A DNA stretch of 64,000 nt from Eledone cirrhosa. Taxonomy: Eukaryota. Below are positions 1-14,119 of the stretch, in pieces. The position numbers were made by a program, and so were the translations under genes. Below the pieces are notes generated by a model, which did no database searches, was not told the origin of the DNA, and saw only the letters and a program-made list of their open reading frames with translations. The stretch spans positions 7,564,001 through 7,628,000 of the forward strand of contig OZ024758.1 of assembly GCA_964016885.1 (NCBI GenBank). Direction: 5' to 3'. How positions within the stretch are numbered: position 1 is the stretch's first letter; each line of letters begins with the position of its first letter.

Positions 1-434
1 TTAAAATAAACAATGAGAAACCATTCTGACACAAAATTTGTCTAAAAAGAAAAAAAAAAAAAAAATATTTTTAACTAAAAATAACCAAAATTTCTTTTGA
101 CTTAAATTCATTTTTACCAAAATTTCTTTTGACTTAAATTCATACTATACATATATGTGTGTGTGTATGTATATATATATATATATATGTGTGTGGTGTG
201 TGTGTGTGTGTGTACAATTATAAGCATATGTACAGATATATATCCCAATGGATAGTCATTCTTCAAAGTCTGTTATTGTTGCTAAAACAACATATCTGCT
301 CGCAAGTATAACAGACTGAGGATTATAATGTTGAGTATTGAATAAATTAACTATGGTTAAGGAACTGTGTGTTGTTACTGAATACAGAAATAAACTAGGT
401 TGCTATTACTCAGAAGAATAAACCCTGGTCCCTA

Positions 435-621
435 TACAAGGGTCGGCTGAAAAGTTCATTGGTTGACTATGAAGGAGTGAAATCTTGCATGCATTAATTT
501 CAACTCTTCTTATTAATACCTGCATTGTTTCTTTCCAGGGACTATGTTGAAAAATAAACCTTGTTTGATCATTCCATGAGAGTATCTTGGTCAGCCTATG
601 GACTTTTCAGCTGACCCTCAT
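435..621 (+). mobile_element. Tc1/mariner-type MITE (family M1, ~190 bp)
   Basis: TIRs TACAAGGGTCGGCTGAAAAGTTCAT / ATGGACTTTTCAGCTGACCCTCAT. Related copies at 1031-1119 (right half), 13233-13437, 36962-37567, 45956-46154, ~47460-47562 and ~49438-49660. Confidence 0.75.
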
Positions 622-737
622 TCTCTTTTAAAACTTTGAGAAAAAAAATGTGTTTACATGGTTTTATTTGAATCAGAAATCAGGTTTGGATGCTGAACAC
701 AGTCCATAGTTTTTAAGAAAGATATTTGATTCACAGC

Positions 738-880
738 CCATTTCTACAGCTGAGTAAACTGGAGCAATGTGAAATAAAGTGTCTTGCTCAAGGACACAAC
801 ACATCACCCGGTCTGAGAATTGAACTCACAACCTTTCGATTGCAAGGCCAATGCTCTAACCACTGAGCCATGGGCCTCCA
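738..880 (-). mobile_element. tRNA-derived SINE family B, 5' fragment
   Basis: Matches the head of the full copy at 22545-22880 (A box TGGCTCAGTGG, B box GAGTTCAATTC). Confidence 0.8.
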
Positions 881-1326
881 CTACATATATAAATGTGCCT
901 CAGTATATATATAATTTTCTTGATACAACATATAGGATATAATTTAAATAGGCAACAAGTATGAATGATGAACAGGAAGCTGTGTAGCCGAATCTAAAGC
1001 CACTCTTCATGACATGCTTTTGATTTTATATCCAGGGACTATGTTGAAAAATAACCTCATTTCGTCATTCCTTGAAAGTATCTTGGTTAGCCTAAGAATT
1101 TTTTCAGCCAACCCTCGTAAACTAACTATTTCCTCACAGAACAATCTCTGTTATATGGACACTAACGAAGGTTTATGTCTCCCATTTAGGTTTCTATTTA
1201 TTTTCACAAATACATTATTTTATATCAATGGCATCAGCTTGATTCCACCTCACCTTTATCTTATACAAAGAATGGTCACTAAACAATTATTATTAATCTC
1301 AAGAATTTTAACTACACCAATCCTCC

Positions 1327-1352
1327 AATATACACATACATTCATATATATA

Positions 1353-1400
<48 letters not shown>

Positions 1401-1490
1401 ATACTTTGTATATATATACGTATATATATATGTGTGCAGATGATATAGATATATACGTGGAGATGATGATATACACACACACACATATGT

Positions 1491-1534
<44 letters not shown>

Positions 1535-1547
1535 ACATGTATGTATG

Positions 1548-1590
<43 letters not shown>

Positions 1591-1623
1591 GCGTATGTGT
1601 ATCTATATTTATATGTATACATG

Positions 1624-1668
<45 letters not shown>

Positions 1669-1741
1669 GTGTGTGTGTATCTATATATATATATGTATAT
1701 ACATTTATATATATATATATATATACATATAAATATATATG
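1327..1741. repeat. Compound (TA)n/(TG)n microsatellite
   Basis: Direct inspection. It generates the YIYI-type ORFs. Confidence 0.95.
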
Positions 1742-2225
1742 TAATAAAATAAAATACAAGATAATTGACAAATAAATATAAACAGCCTACAGAAAAAAAT
1801 ATTATTCAAGGAAAAATAACATTTATGGAGAAAAGAATATAAAAAAAGCCCAACAAAAATCCATTATAATTGAGTTATCTGTTTATATAGTAACGTTTGT
1901 AAAAATGTTAAATGGTTTGAGAACTATAAACTAAAACTAAAAAACAACACCCCCCTCCAAAAAATTGAAAAAAAAAAAAAAAAACCTAAAAGGAAATTAT
2001 AACATTTCTGAATGTATATGAAGTATAAGTACAATATAACAAAATTTGACATCTAATTGAAATAACAGTTGTCATGTAGTAGCTATAAAATTTATTTTAC
2101 AGCACAACAAGTCCAAAACTCTCTCTACAAACAAAAGCTGTTTCCGATTATTTCAACAAACACAATACCCACAACACAAGAGAAATTCATCTTAACATAA
2201 GAAAAGCATAAGACAATTTTCAAGG

Positions 2226-2227
<2 letters not shown>

Positions 2228-2292
<65 letters not shown>

Positions 2293-2570
2293 CATATATG
2301 TATATATACATATGTACATACATATATGTATATATATATATATACATATATATGTGTATATATACATATGTACATACATATATGTATATATATATATATA
2401 CATATATATGTGTATATATACATATATGTATGTATATATATATATACATATGTACATACATATATGGATATATATATACATATATATGTATATATATATA
2501 TATACATACATGTGAATATATATATATATATACATACATGTGAATATATATATATATATATATATACATG

Positions 2571-2615
<45 letters not shown>

Positions 2616-2628
2616 ATATGTATGTATG
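2228..2628. repeat. (TA)n/(TACA)n compound microsatellite, followed by two oppositely oriented RTE/SINE 3' tails (2629-2880)
   Basis: Direct inspection. Tail motif CCCATGCTAGCGTGAA..GGAC..AAACGATGATG occurs on both strands. Confidence 0.85.
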
Positions 2629-3044
2629 AGCAAGACAAGGACTGGACATTGCCTGGAACAGGACAACCCATCTAACCCATGCTAGCGTGAAAGAACGGAC
2701 ATAAAACGATGATGATGATGATACATATATCATCATCATCATCACCGTTTTACGTCCGTTCTTCCACGCTAGCATGGGTTAGACGGGTTGTCCTGTTGTG
2801 GGCAGTGTCTGGTCGGCTGACCGTGCCTTGCTCATACAGGAACTGATTTGGCATTAGGAAGGGCATTCAGCCATAGAAACCAAGCCAAAATACAGACCCA
2901 TATGAACAAGATGTAATCACCGGACCTGACTTATGACAACACATCTAACCCATTGATGGCGATATAGTTGGAAAGCGAGAGAATAAGAGGGACCAAGTAT
3001 GGCCAGGCTAGGTGCTACAACTCTTTAGTTATGTCTAAAGTCTA

Positions 3045-3320
3045 AAGTCTGTCTTGAGCCAGAAGCTCAATTGGCCGGTGCCTATCCCAGTTTCATGGGA
3101 TGAAGCAACTGAGAGTACAAGACTGCCCTCTGGACAGGACGCCGGTCCATTGCAGGGTTAAACCTCCAGCTGTTGCTAGTACTCATTTTCAGCTGAGTAT
3201 ACTGGAGCAACATGAAATAAAGTGGTTTGTTCAAGAACGCAGCATGCAACCCAGGAATCAAACCCACAACATTACGATTGTAAGTTCAACACCCTTACCA
3301 CTAGGCCACATGCTTCCGCC
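3045..3320 (-). mobile_element. tRNA-derived SINE variant (B-like head, different 3' body)
   Basis: Shares the GAGCAA..TGAAATAAAGT core. A similar copy lies at 13455-13718. Confidence 0.7.
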
Positions 3321-3324
3321 TTTA

Positions 3325-3620
3325 GTTACGACAACTAAATTATTTGCATACCGGAGTTGCCATGTACAACAAACCTTACATCCGTCTGTTATGACCTGGA
3401 GAACTATAATAAACAGAAGAAGGCTGAGAACTGAAGCCTGGTGGATTCCTACTTACATACTAAATTCATCAGTGTACTCAAGTATCTCTGTCCATAGTTT
3501 CAACAGTTCTCACAAGTCAATCATCTATTCCTAGCTTCCTTAATGAACACCAGATGGTAGAGCATGGGAAACTCTCAAAGGTTTTTTTCTAGATCAGCAA
3601 ATAGGAGTGGCTTACTTTTA
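3325..3620 (-). mobile_element. Degenerate RTE-type reverse transcriptase fragment
   Basis: Minus-strand translation IWCSLRKLGIDD*LVRTV...VGIHQASVLSLLLFIIVL...WQLRYANNLVV resembles the RT motifs GVHQGSVLSPLLF and LLYADDLV. Stops are present. Confidence 0.75.
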
Positions 3621-3920
3621 GTTACCGAATTTCCCAGCATCGAAGACGCTACTTTTTTCCTAAAATAACTCTAAAAAATCTACCGTGCGTCCTGGAGGCC
3701 GAAGGTTGTTTATTATTTTTTTTCAAATTTTTGGTTGTCAAAATTAGGGTGTGTCCTCGAGGATGAAGTGTCTTCGGTGCCAGGAATATGGTAATTACTT
3801 CTGTCATCTCACTATGAAGCTGGCATCAATAGTCCCTCTCTCAGGCATGAAGTTGAACTGTATCTCATCATGGCTAATTCTGTCCCTGGTCAATTGAGCT
3901 GTCATTATTTCATTGCTCAA

Positions 3921-4117
3921 GGGCGGTGGATTGGCAGTATCGGTAGAGGGTCGGACGCCATGCTTTCCAGCATAGTTACGTCCCTTTACGTTCTGAGTTC
4001 AAATCTTGCTGAGGTTAACTTTGCCTTTCATCCTTACGGGGTCGATAAAATAAAGTACCAGTAATGTACTGGGGTCAATTTAATCAACTTTCCCCTCCCT
4101 CTAAATCAGAAACTATT
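3921..4117 (+). mobile_element. tRNA-derived SINE family A
   Basis: A box TGGCAGTATCGG, B box GAGTTCAAATC, conserved core GCCTTTCATCCTTACGGGGTCGATAAAATAAAGTACC. About 20 full or partial copies in the window. Confidence 0.85.
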
Positions 4118-5156
4118 ATACACCCTACATACACAATAACAAAATAAATATACACCAACATACAACATACACACAATTACAAAGTTCCAAAGTGAGTTTA
4201 TTAGTAAATTTCATTTTCATGTTTCAAAATAAACAACCAATTTTAAACTATCATTATTATGGAAATTATGGATTTTTGTTGTTATTGATGATGTTGTTGT
4301 TTTCTGGTGTTATTATTTAGATATATTGATCAAAGGTTACACCCACAAGTAGGGGGAGAAAGAGAGGGGGTGTATGGGAGAGAGAGAGGGGTGTGTGTAT
4401 GAGAGAGAGAGAGAGATCAGACAGAAGCTCAGCTAATCACCTCATTTATAACAATTTAACTAGAGGTTAGGTTAACCAATATAATGAGAATATCTTGTAA
4501 TTTCAGTTTTGATTGTTTCTAGTGAGGAAATGCCAAGCAAGCTAGATCAGAGTTCTCAAAATTTGTCGACTTTTCTATTAACAATATACTACTTAAGTAG
4601 GATTTAGCTAAAAAGTAAATAAATAAAAAAAAAAAATTACCTGGAAATTTCACAAGTAAAAGAATTCTAAATTACTAAAAATTTAATTAAGATGTTTAAT
4701 TTGTTAATCAAGTGTACTTTCTACTTTCAAGTTTCATTATGCTACACACACAACTTGAGCTGTATAAAAAGCTAAATTAGAAGCAGCATAGAGAGAGAAG
4801 ATGAGAAATATGCACTTGAAAGCCAGACAATGTTGGAAAAGTTCAGTATATTTAGCATGAACAACTGATGAATAATACATAAAATGAGATAATAGATTCA
4901 ACATAAATTTTAAAGAATATCTTTCTTTTCTTTTTACTTTATGAAAAACCTCTTCCCAAACACCTAAACACTAGAATTTCTAATTTTATGAGATTATTTT
5001 CTTAAAGTAGAAAAAATTTCCTAAGAAATATGATAAACACTGTTAAAAATTAACACTGATCTTACTCATCATTATTGTTTTTATATCTGCTTGTCTTTGT
5101 TTGAATAGATTATTATGAAATGAATATCAACATGTTTAGGTTTTAACGAAATATAA

Positions 5157-5515
5157 TACAGTGGAACCTCAGTTCATGAACTTAATTTATTCCTGGAGGT
5201 CATTCATCACAAAAAATGTGTGTAATCCGAAACTATTTTTCCCATTTGAATTGTTGAGAGAGAAATACAATGAGAGAGAGAGAGAGAGAGAGAGACTATG
5301 AGTGAGAAAGTGATAGATATCATCATAATAACTAATTACACAGCAAGTGATGTTTTCTCACTGAAATTCCAAGCTTGTTGCCAACCATTGTTGCTGGCTT
5401 GCGTGTTCATTACTCAAGACACTTTCATCACATGAAACGTTTTATGTTTGGAAAAAATGTTTGTGAACTGCTTTGTTCATGTTGAGAAGTGTTCGTGAAC
5501 TGAGGTTCAACTGTA
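5157..5515. mobile_element. pogo/Tigger-like MITE
   Basis: TA-flanked TIRs CAGTGGAACCTCAGTTCATGAAC / GTTCGTGAACTGAGGTTCAACTG. An oppositely oriented relative lies at 57695-57993. Confidence 0.75.
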
Positions 5516-5673
5516 CTATAAAGAAAACCACCTTTAATACACCCGTTAACTGTTTTCATAACAAAACCATATAAAACTGCCCTTGCTTTTTATGTTTATA
5601 TTTGTTTAAAAAACCCTTCCATCAAAACTTTATGTAAAAATCAGCTTAATATTGAGAAAGTTAGTCACATCAT

Positions 5674-6034
5674 TAACCCTTTAGCATTTACATTACTCTT
5701 ATTGCGTTATGTCCTTGGGCAAGACACTTTATTTCACGTTGCTCCTTCTACCTGGAGTTGCGACCGATAGATAGTATTAGCAATTGGAAAGACCAACGGA
5801 AACATTGTTCCCTCGGTCCGATTTGACGAAAGTCGATCGTCTTCCTATTACTCTTATTATATTTTCATGGTAAAGGCTTTACCTCACATAATATCTCACA
5901 TAATATTGAATCTACGAGATGTTGATATTATTTATTTTGAGAACAATACCGTAACATCAGTATGAGCGGCCAGTTACAGCTGGTTTGAACAGAAAGGGAT
6001 GAGAGAATTCTGGCCGGATATGCTAAAGGATTAA
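5674..6034. mobile_element. TTAA-flanked piggyBac-like MITE (family P1) with a nested SINE fragment (~5705-5845)
   Basis: Ends TTAA-CCCTTTAGCAT ... ATGCTAAAGGA-TTAA. Relatives at 31525-31839 and 49948-50163. Confidence 0.7.
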
Positions 6035-7567
6035 ACTGGCATTTGGAACATAATTTAACAAAAGTGTTTACACAAAATTATGATGGAAGGGTTTTACATA
6101 CGAGTAAAACAGTTACACATCTTAAAACCAGGTAAGTTGAGACTAGATATAATATATAACATATATCATCATCATAATCATCATTTACTGCCCATGCTTG
6201 CATAGGTTAGGTGGGTTGTCACGTTTTGAGACAATTCAGGTCAGATGACCATGTCTTGCTCATACAGATCTGTATTTTGGCTAGGTTCCCATGGCTGGAT
6301 GCCTTTTCTAACACAATACTTATATTATAACTTATAAGGAGGAGTAAGAACATTTGAAATAATTCCAATAGTTATATTATGGACTCCAGATGGATGAATA
6401 GTAAAATTCCTCCTCTTAGTGGGTTTGTGGGTTTGTGTGTGTTTGTGTGTGTGTGTGTGTGTGTGTTCGTGTTTCTGTATGTTCGTCAACATATAGACAA
6501 CGCAACACAGACTTAAAAAACCCAGACCGTGACATCTATCTGTCACACTTGCATGCCAACACAAGAGCGAGAATGAGGGGCTCATTCTACTGACATGGCT
6601 TATAAAAGAGGCTGTTTGCATAACTACAAACAAATCGAATATTATTATCACTGTTCGAAAAACTCAGATCACATTTATAATACATATAGTTATTTTTGGG
6701 GTTGTTTGTGTGTGTGTGTGAATTTTACCAGCTGGGTAATGAACTAGTATATATAATACTTATATTATAACTTTTATACAACTTATAAGGAGAAGCAAGA
6801 TCATTTGAAATAATTCTAGAAGTTATATTATGGACAAGATGGATAAATAGTAAAATTTCTCCTCTCAGTGGGTTTTAAATTCTAAAATGTAGAGATAAAA
6901 CTAAATATATACTGATGAGAGATTACATTGGTGTTCTATTGATAATTTCAAACATGAACAGACACACACATTATACTTTGTAGCTTTAGGTGGAGTAAAT
7001 TTTCAGCGTTGTCTGCTTAGATTGATTTAAATTGTATAAAAATCAGCAAATGTAGCAAAAATATTGCTTTCAACGTAGAACTATTCTTGCAGCTAGCTTT
7101 GAAACACCCCCATCGCCAGAAATATAATATCATCAATTAAACTAGAATAAAGAAAAAAGATTATTAAACATCAGTTTCTTTTGTGTATTAAGATCTAACT
7201 GAGAGAGAACATCTGCTGCCATGTAAATACATGAGAAAGATGTTGAATTTGAAGATGACAAAAGAAGACAAAAGGAAATAAGTATAGAGTCAGAGAAAGA
7301 TGAATGACACCATATTATATGTATATTCTTATCACACAACATATTGTTTCCTTTTCATTCTTTACAGCTGTTGTTTAAATGAATTCTCCTCCTCCTCCTC
7401 ATATAAGTACTATATACATCATGTTCAATATATAGCTCTTATCAAATCATCATTTTCTATACTGGAACCATACTGCCTGGCAAATTTCATTGCTGCTTCA
7501 TATATAACTTCTAGGCATCTATATTTATGATTACTGCGACCAACAGTTGAAGTTTAGAGACAGAATG

Positions 7568-7606
<39 letters not shown>

Positions 7607-7759
7607 TTTCTTTATTGGCCACAAGGGCTGACATCAAGAAAAACATCACAGATGGAACAGGACGGTACGATGTGGGTTTTGTGCGTGTAAATATTTTTAT
7701 TATTTATATAAGAAAAGAAAAAAGACATAAAACATATATATATATAAACAATAATGGTT

Positions 7760-8391
7760 TCTTATATTGGCACAAGGCCAGTAATTTAGGGGAGGGGAAA
7801 GTCGATTAAATTGACCCCAGTGTGTGACTGGTACTTTATTTTATCGACCCCATAAGGAAGAAAGGCAGAGTCAACCTCGGTAGGAATTGAACTCAGAATA
7901 GCAAAGACCGTAACCCTCTACCAATACTGCCAAATACCGCCATTAATATATATAATAATAATAATAATGGTTTCAGATTTAGGCACAAGGCCAGCAATTT
8001 TGGTGGGAGGGAAAGTCAATTAAATTGACCCCAATATGTTACTGGTACTTTATTTTAGGGAGCGGACAACCAAAGCAAAAGCATAAATTTTTTTAATCCA
8101 CTCCCTTCCACCCAAAATTGCTTCGGAAATGTTACCTTTTACTCAATTTTGCTGACCGTGACAAGTGGAGAGATGCTGTGCTGAATAGGACCCGTCCCAC
8201 CCTTGCAGGCAGGGAAAAGCAGATGTAAAATGATGATGATGGTGACTGACTCTGCATAGACTCTATGCACGCAATAAATATTTTTCATATGTAAACGAAA
8301 CTTCCTCATTTTTTCTAGTATAATATATATATATATGTATATATATATACATACATATTTGAATTCTGAAGACGGCATATATATGTGTTGG

Positions 8392-8426
<35 letters not shown>

Positions 8427-9302
8427 ATATATATATATATATTTATTAAAATAACAGATTATATGTGTGTGTGTGTGTGTGTGTGTGTTTGTGTGTGCAA
8501 GGCCAAAAATGACTTTTGTTCTTCTGTAAAATAAACAATTTAGTAGAAATGATCTGCAAGAACCAGACTTTTCAAAATAATAGGATAAAAATGGAAAGTT
8601 AGCATAACAAGAAATTAAAGAAACTGAAACAGATGGAGAGAAAAGAATCTGAGAGTGACCTTGTCATTCTTTTCTGAATATATGAACTGGTTTCACATAG
8701 AGTAGCAGTCTCCTTCTCTCCACAGATATAAATTTGATTGCTTCAAAGACCTTTCTAGTGACCTTTCTTTTCCTATTACTATATACTATCACAATACAAC
8801 AATATATTACACATTCAGACACACAGACATATATATGAGTCAACAAGGAAGCTTTTAGATGGTCTCTCAACAAGGCCAATATTTTGGTGGATGGGGAAAG
8901 TTGATTATATCAACCCCAGTATTTAACTGGTACTTTATTTTATCGACCCTGGAAGGATGAAAGGCAAAATTGACATCGAAGGGATTTGAACGTAGAGAGC
9001 CAGAAAAAATACTGCTAAGCATTTGTTCCGATGCTCTAACGACTTTGCCAATCCACTGCCCTAATTATTTAATAATTGTTTCTACTTTGGGCACAAGGCC
9101 AGCAATTACCCAGTACATTACTGGTACTTTATTTTATCGACCCCGTAAGGATGAAAGGCAAAGTTAACCTTAACGGATTTGAACTCAGACTGTAAAGGGA
9201 CGTAACTATGCTAGAAATCATGGCGTCCAACCCTCTACTGATACTGCCAATTCACCACCCATGGTGTCCAACCCTCTACTGATACTGCCAATTCACCGCC
9301 CT
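7760..9302 (-). mobile_element. Cluster of SINE-A copies (7760-7945, 7968-8058 partial, 8870-9062, 9073-9302)
   Basis: Reverse complement of the SINE-A core, GGTACTTTATTTTATCGACCCC..AGGATGAAAGGC. Confidence 0.8.
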
Positions 9303-9606
9303 TTAGGTAGTTTCCATTAGAAATATGGTAAGTAAAGGGTTAAGATTTAGTTTTTAACAGATAAATATATTCCCTAAGTTTATGAAACTATCAGAAATAA
9401 ACTTCCTAATAGTGATGGTACTGAGAAATTGTGCAGACCAAATGGTAATACTTCATTAAAATTGTGTAAATAGAACAAGTGGAATTGTGACAAGTTTTTG
9501 TAGGTACATTCGGTAAGTTATAGAGAAAAATCTATGAGAAATGAAGAAGCAATTATAGAATATCATTGTATGATTAAATGGTACTGACCTCTGTCTGTCA
9601 TGTAGC

Positions 9607-9608
<2 letters not shown>

Positions 9609-9676
<68 letters not shown>

Positions 9677-9751
9677 AAGAGAGAGAGCAAGAGAGAGAGC
9701 AAGAGAGAGAGCAAGAGAGAGAGAGAGAGAGAGAGAGCAAGAGAGAGAGAG

Positions 9752-9786
<35 letters not shown>
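9609..9786. repeat. (GA)n followed by (GT)n microsatellite
   Basis: Direct inspection. Confidence 0.95.
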
Positions 9787-9787
<1 letters not shown>

Positions 9788-11574
9788 ATTGGATTGTAAA
9801 TAGTTAACAGCTTACATAGTGAATGGTTTGGTTTTATATTAGAAAAAATGTGATGAGCAACTGTGACAGAAATAATTGAACACTGAAACCTTAATGATTG
9901 ATAAAATGTCAAGAAATTAAGTTAATTTTCTGATGCCATATTGATACAAAGAAGTATGAAATGGATGAAATATATTGAGTATGTTAGAGCAAAAGACCCA
10001 CATTTGTAGGAATTTGTCAACATCTGGTTGAGATTCTATTTTTCAAGACAATCTAACAATCTATAATAATAAATGGGAATTGCTGTGAATGGTTCCACAA
10101 GGTTTCCTGACTTCAGTAAAGTATTACACTTAACTTTTAAAGTAAGTAAACTACAAAATACTGCATACCCCTATTATATAGGCTATAGAGTATCTAAGAT
10201 TCACTATACTATCTCCCCTATAGTATAGGCTTTGGGGTATCTGAGATTCGTTACACTGCTTCCTATAGTATATGTTATTGAGTATCTGATATTCACTACA
10301 CCATCTTCCCCTATAGGCTATGGAGTATGTGACATTCTCTGAACTTCCCCTCCTATACTATAGGCTATAGAGTATTTAAGATTCACTACACTCTCATAGA
10401 ATAGGGCTGATTGACTATCTGAGAGTCAATAAAAAAAATAATTGGAAAATCAGTACAGGTTTGAATCTCATCATGCCTCTGGTTATTACTGGTACATATT
10501 CTATCTTAGGAGAAGAGGGGGGTGGTGGACACCATTTTGTAGAGAATAACTGTTGTATTAAATTTGGTACAAGTTTATACCATTTGCATGTCAAAAATAT
10601 AGTTTTCCTCTTTTCATACACATTAGTAGATAAATTATAAAACACACACACACACACACATATCTATCTATCTACCTACACTAGCAGGAAACTGCCCCAA
10701 AGTCAGTATTCCTGCCAGTCACAAATAAGTGGAGAAAAAGGGGTTCACAGAAAAATATAATTTTCAGGATATTTATTTTCTTTAAAACCAAGTAAAAATT
10801 TATCAAAACAGACAAAAAAATATTGCAAGGAAGAAAAACGCTGAAAGCACATTTCACTGTCGTAGGGTCTGATCTACCTTATCTATTCAACATATCTCTT
10901 AGGTAACAAAATATGTTCACCATGTTCATGTCAGTTCCAAAATTAACATCTTTCCCATCTCTATATCCTGCCACACCCACTATACAGACCTCATCCTTAA
11001 ATATAGTTGCTATATTATTGAACAATTCCCTCTATTCTTTCCACCTCATGTTTTATCATCATCATCATCGATTAATGTCTATGTTCCCCGCTTGCATGGG
11101 TTGGACGGGTCCCACTTAGGGGCAAGTTGGGTTGGGTGACCGTGTCTCGCTCATATAGGGATATTTCTGGCTGGTTTTCTATGGCAGGATGACCTTCCTA
11201 ACACACAAAAAAAAAATATGGAACACTAACATTCCAACTTTAGTATATATACTGCCAAAGCAAGTTTTACTACTTGCCATTTCCTTTGTTTCCTATATTA
11301 ATGTCCATCTCTTTTGACTCCACAAATGCCTTCCATTGCTTCATCTTCTCCCTTAGATCATTATTATGTTTTGCAATTAACAGCAGATCATCTCCATAAA
11401 ACAACTCCCATGGTAAACCCTCCTTTATGCTTCAAGTCAGTATCTCCAGCACAACTACAAAATAGCAGTGGGATTAATCTCCCTCTCTGTGTATGTATGT
11501 ATATATATATATATAATCATCATCATTTAATGTCCATTTTTCCACGCTAGAATGTATATATATATATATATATA

Positions 11575-12266
11575 AACCAGCTAGCAGGCAAACTAACAGG
11601 AAGGGAAATCTACATATGCAGTAGATGTTCAGGGAAATTTGATAATAGAAGTGGCAGTGATAGACACATTTTTCAAATGCAGGTAGGATCTATAGAGGTG
11701 GTTGATAGCTTCCGCTACCTAGCAAGGGAGGAGGGTGCTCCGAGGCCATAGTATCTAGAATAAGGACGGGTTGGAAGAAGTTTAGCAAGCTGCTTCTTCT
11801 GTTGACAAAGAAGGGTTTCTCCCTACGAACAAAAGGCCGGCTATATGATGCCTGTGTGAGATACGCGGTGCTGCATGGTAGTGAGACATGGGCAGCAACT
11901 GCGGAGGAAATGCGATGGCTGGAGAGAAATGAAGCAAGCATGGATGAGTTGAAAATAAAACTGTGTATAAGAGGGATAAACTGTAGTGTGCGGGAAAGAA
12001 GACTGCTTTGGTATAGACATATGATGTGCATGGATTATGACTGCTGGGTAAAGAAGTGCCAAGAAATCCCAGTGGAAGGAAGATGCTGTAGAGAAAGTCC
12101 ATGAAAATCATGGGCGGAGGTGGTGAGAGCTGACCTCAGATCGCTGAAGCTCACAGAGGAGATGACGAAGGACCGTGACGAATGGAGAGATGGTGTGCTG
12201 AATAGGGACCATCCCACCCTTGCAAGCAGGGAAAAGTGGACATAAATTGATGATGATGATGATGAT
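11575..12266 (+). mobile_element. 5'-truncated, frameshifted RTE LINE 3' end
   Basis: KGFSLRTKGRLYDACVRYAVLHGSETW...RRLLWYRHMM is typical of the RTE ORF C-terminus. It has an (ATG)n tail and starts next to (TA)n. Confidence 0.9.
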
Positions 12267-13232
12267 TTCATCTGTGATGTTGTTGATTTAATTCTATTGA
12301 AACATTGGTACATATTTTATTGGCTTTGGAAAAATACCAGTGGACTTTTAAAACACAGAAATGTGAGACTGTACACACAATCTAATCTCAGTCATCTACA
12401 GCAAACCATTACCCTAACATAAATATTTATACACAGTCTTGATTATTCCTATAAAATACTGCTCAAAATGTATCCATTTATTCCATCAAATTTAGTACCA
12501 AAACTTCTTATAATAAACATTAAACTGAAAATTTCAATATAAGAGAACCTTTGTAAATCCATATTTCAGTTTTCTTTATCTTGTCCAATTTTACAGCTAT
12601 ATATATATATATATACACACACACACGTCTACATACACACATATAACTATATATATATACACACACACACATATCTATATATACACATGTTATGAATAGG
12701 TCTTATGGCTGGCTCCCAAGAATATAGCAAACTTTTTCAGATAACTCACTTCAGTGATATCATATGTGAATTGGTAAGAAAGATTAATTAATAAACTTTT
12801 GTCTATAGAGATGATCCCGACTGATAATATATTTGGTATGTGTGTATATGATGTTCTTTGGTCACATAGCCAACAACATATTCTCCTCTCAAATTCAATT
12901 ACAGATATTGATGCTTTCACTTGCCAGCACTTCTTAGAATTCAACTTATGTCTAGATTGATTTATAATGTTTCAAAAGAACTTTTTTCTTCCAAAATTAA
13001 GAGTCCAAAATAAAATGACTGTAAGCAAGGCACAGAAATACTGTTGTACTTTGGCTAAAAATTCCCTTCAGTCACGAATGACTGGGATTTGCGCCGAGAA
13101 AGTTCCCCTTCTGGGGCACAAGTCCAGGCAGAGTTGTTTGTGGAAGACCAGTCTCCCCTCGAAATGCAACCAATGCTGTACTTTAAAATAGAATAATAAA
13201 TATTCTAAAGAGTATACAGTAATAAAATATAA

Positions 13233-13437
13233 TATGAGGGTTGACAGAACTAAAGGTCATAGGCTGACCAAGATACTCTCATGGAATGACCAAATGAGGT
13301 TTATTTTTCAACATAGTCTCAGGAAAGAAACAATTCAGTTATTAATAAGAAGAGCTGAAATTAATGCATGCAAGATTTCACAGCTCTAGCATCAGTCCTT
13401 CATAGTCAACCTATGAACATTTCAGCTGACACTTGTA
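13233..13437 (-). mobile_element. MITE family M1
   Basis: Homologous to 435-621 in reverse orientation, TA ends. Confidence 0.75.
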
Positions 13438-14058
13438 TAAACTATAGTCTAAAAGTCTAAAGTCTATCTTAAGCCAGAAGGCTCATTTGGCCGGTGCTTA
13501 TCCCGGTTTCATGGCGTGAAGCGTCTGAGAGTACAAGACTTCCCCTTGGACAGGATGCCAGTCCATCTCAGGGTTAAACCTCCAGCTATTGCTGGTACTC
13601 ATTTTCAATGTGAAATGAAGTATTTTGCTCAAGAACACAACACGCAATCCAGGAATCAGACCCACGACATTACGATTGTAAGTCCAACACCCTTACCACT
13701 AGGCCACGTGCCTCCACTGTATAAACTATAATGAGGCATGTAATGGTCTGAATGTGATAAGGTGAATTATTATCATTATTTTATGTCCACTTTCTAGTTT
13801 GGCATGGGTTGGAAAACCACAACTTGCTCAAATGTTCCAGATTTTAAGATCGCTTCGATGGTTGGATGACCTTCCTAATGCCAACCACTTTACAGAGTGT
13901 ATTAAGTGCATTTTATTGTAGCAGCAGCTCCACTTCTATGAAATAAAATCACCCATTTTAAAGGTTTTCAATTCAAATTAAAATCTTCCAACGTAATTTA
14001 TATAATAAGAACTTTACATTAAGTCTTACATTACATCTGTCTCCAGGAAGAAAGTGAA

Positions 14059-14119
<61 letters not shown>

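Noticed and set aside
1014-2685. Many long YIYI/IYIH ORFs (also 35697-36448, 17760-18528, 46099-47035)
   Set aside because: Translations of (TA)n/(CA)n microsatellites, which lack stops in several frames.
8360-8392. CTGAAGA-CGGC motif in a TA tract as another hammerhead
   Set aside because: No downstream GAAA/UH half or stems, so it is too little to support.
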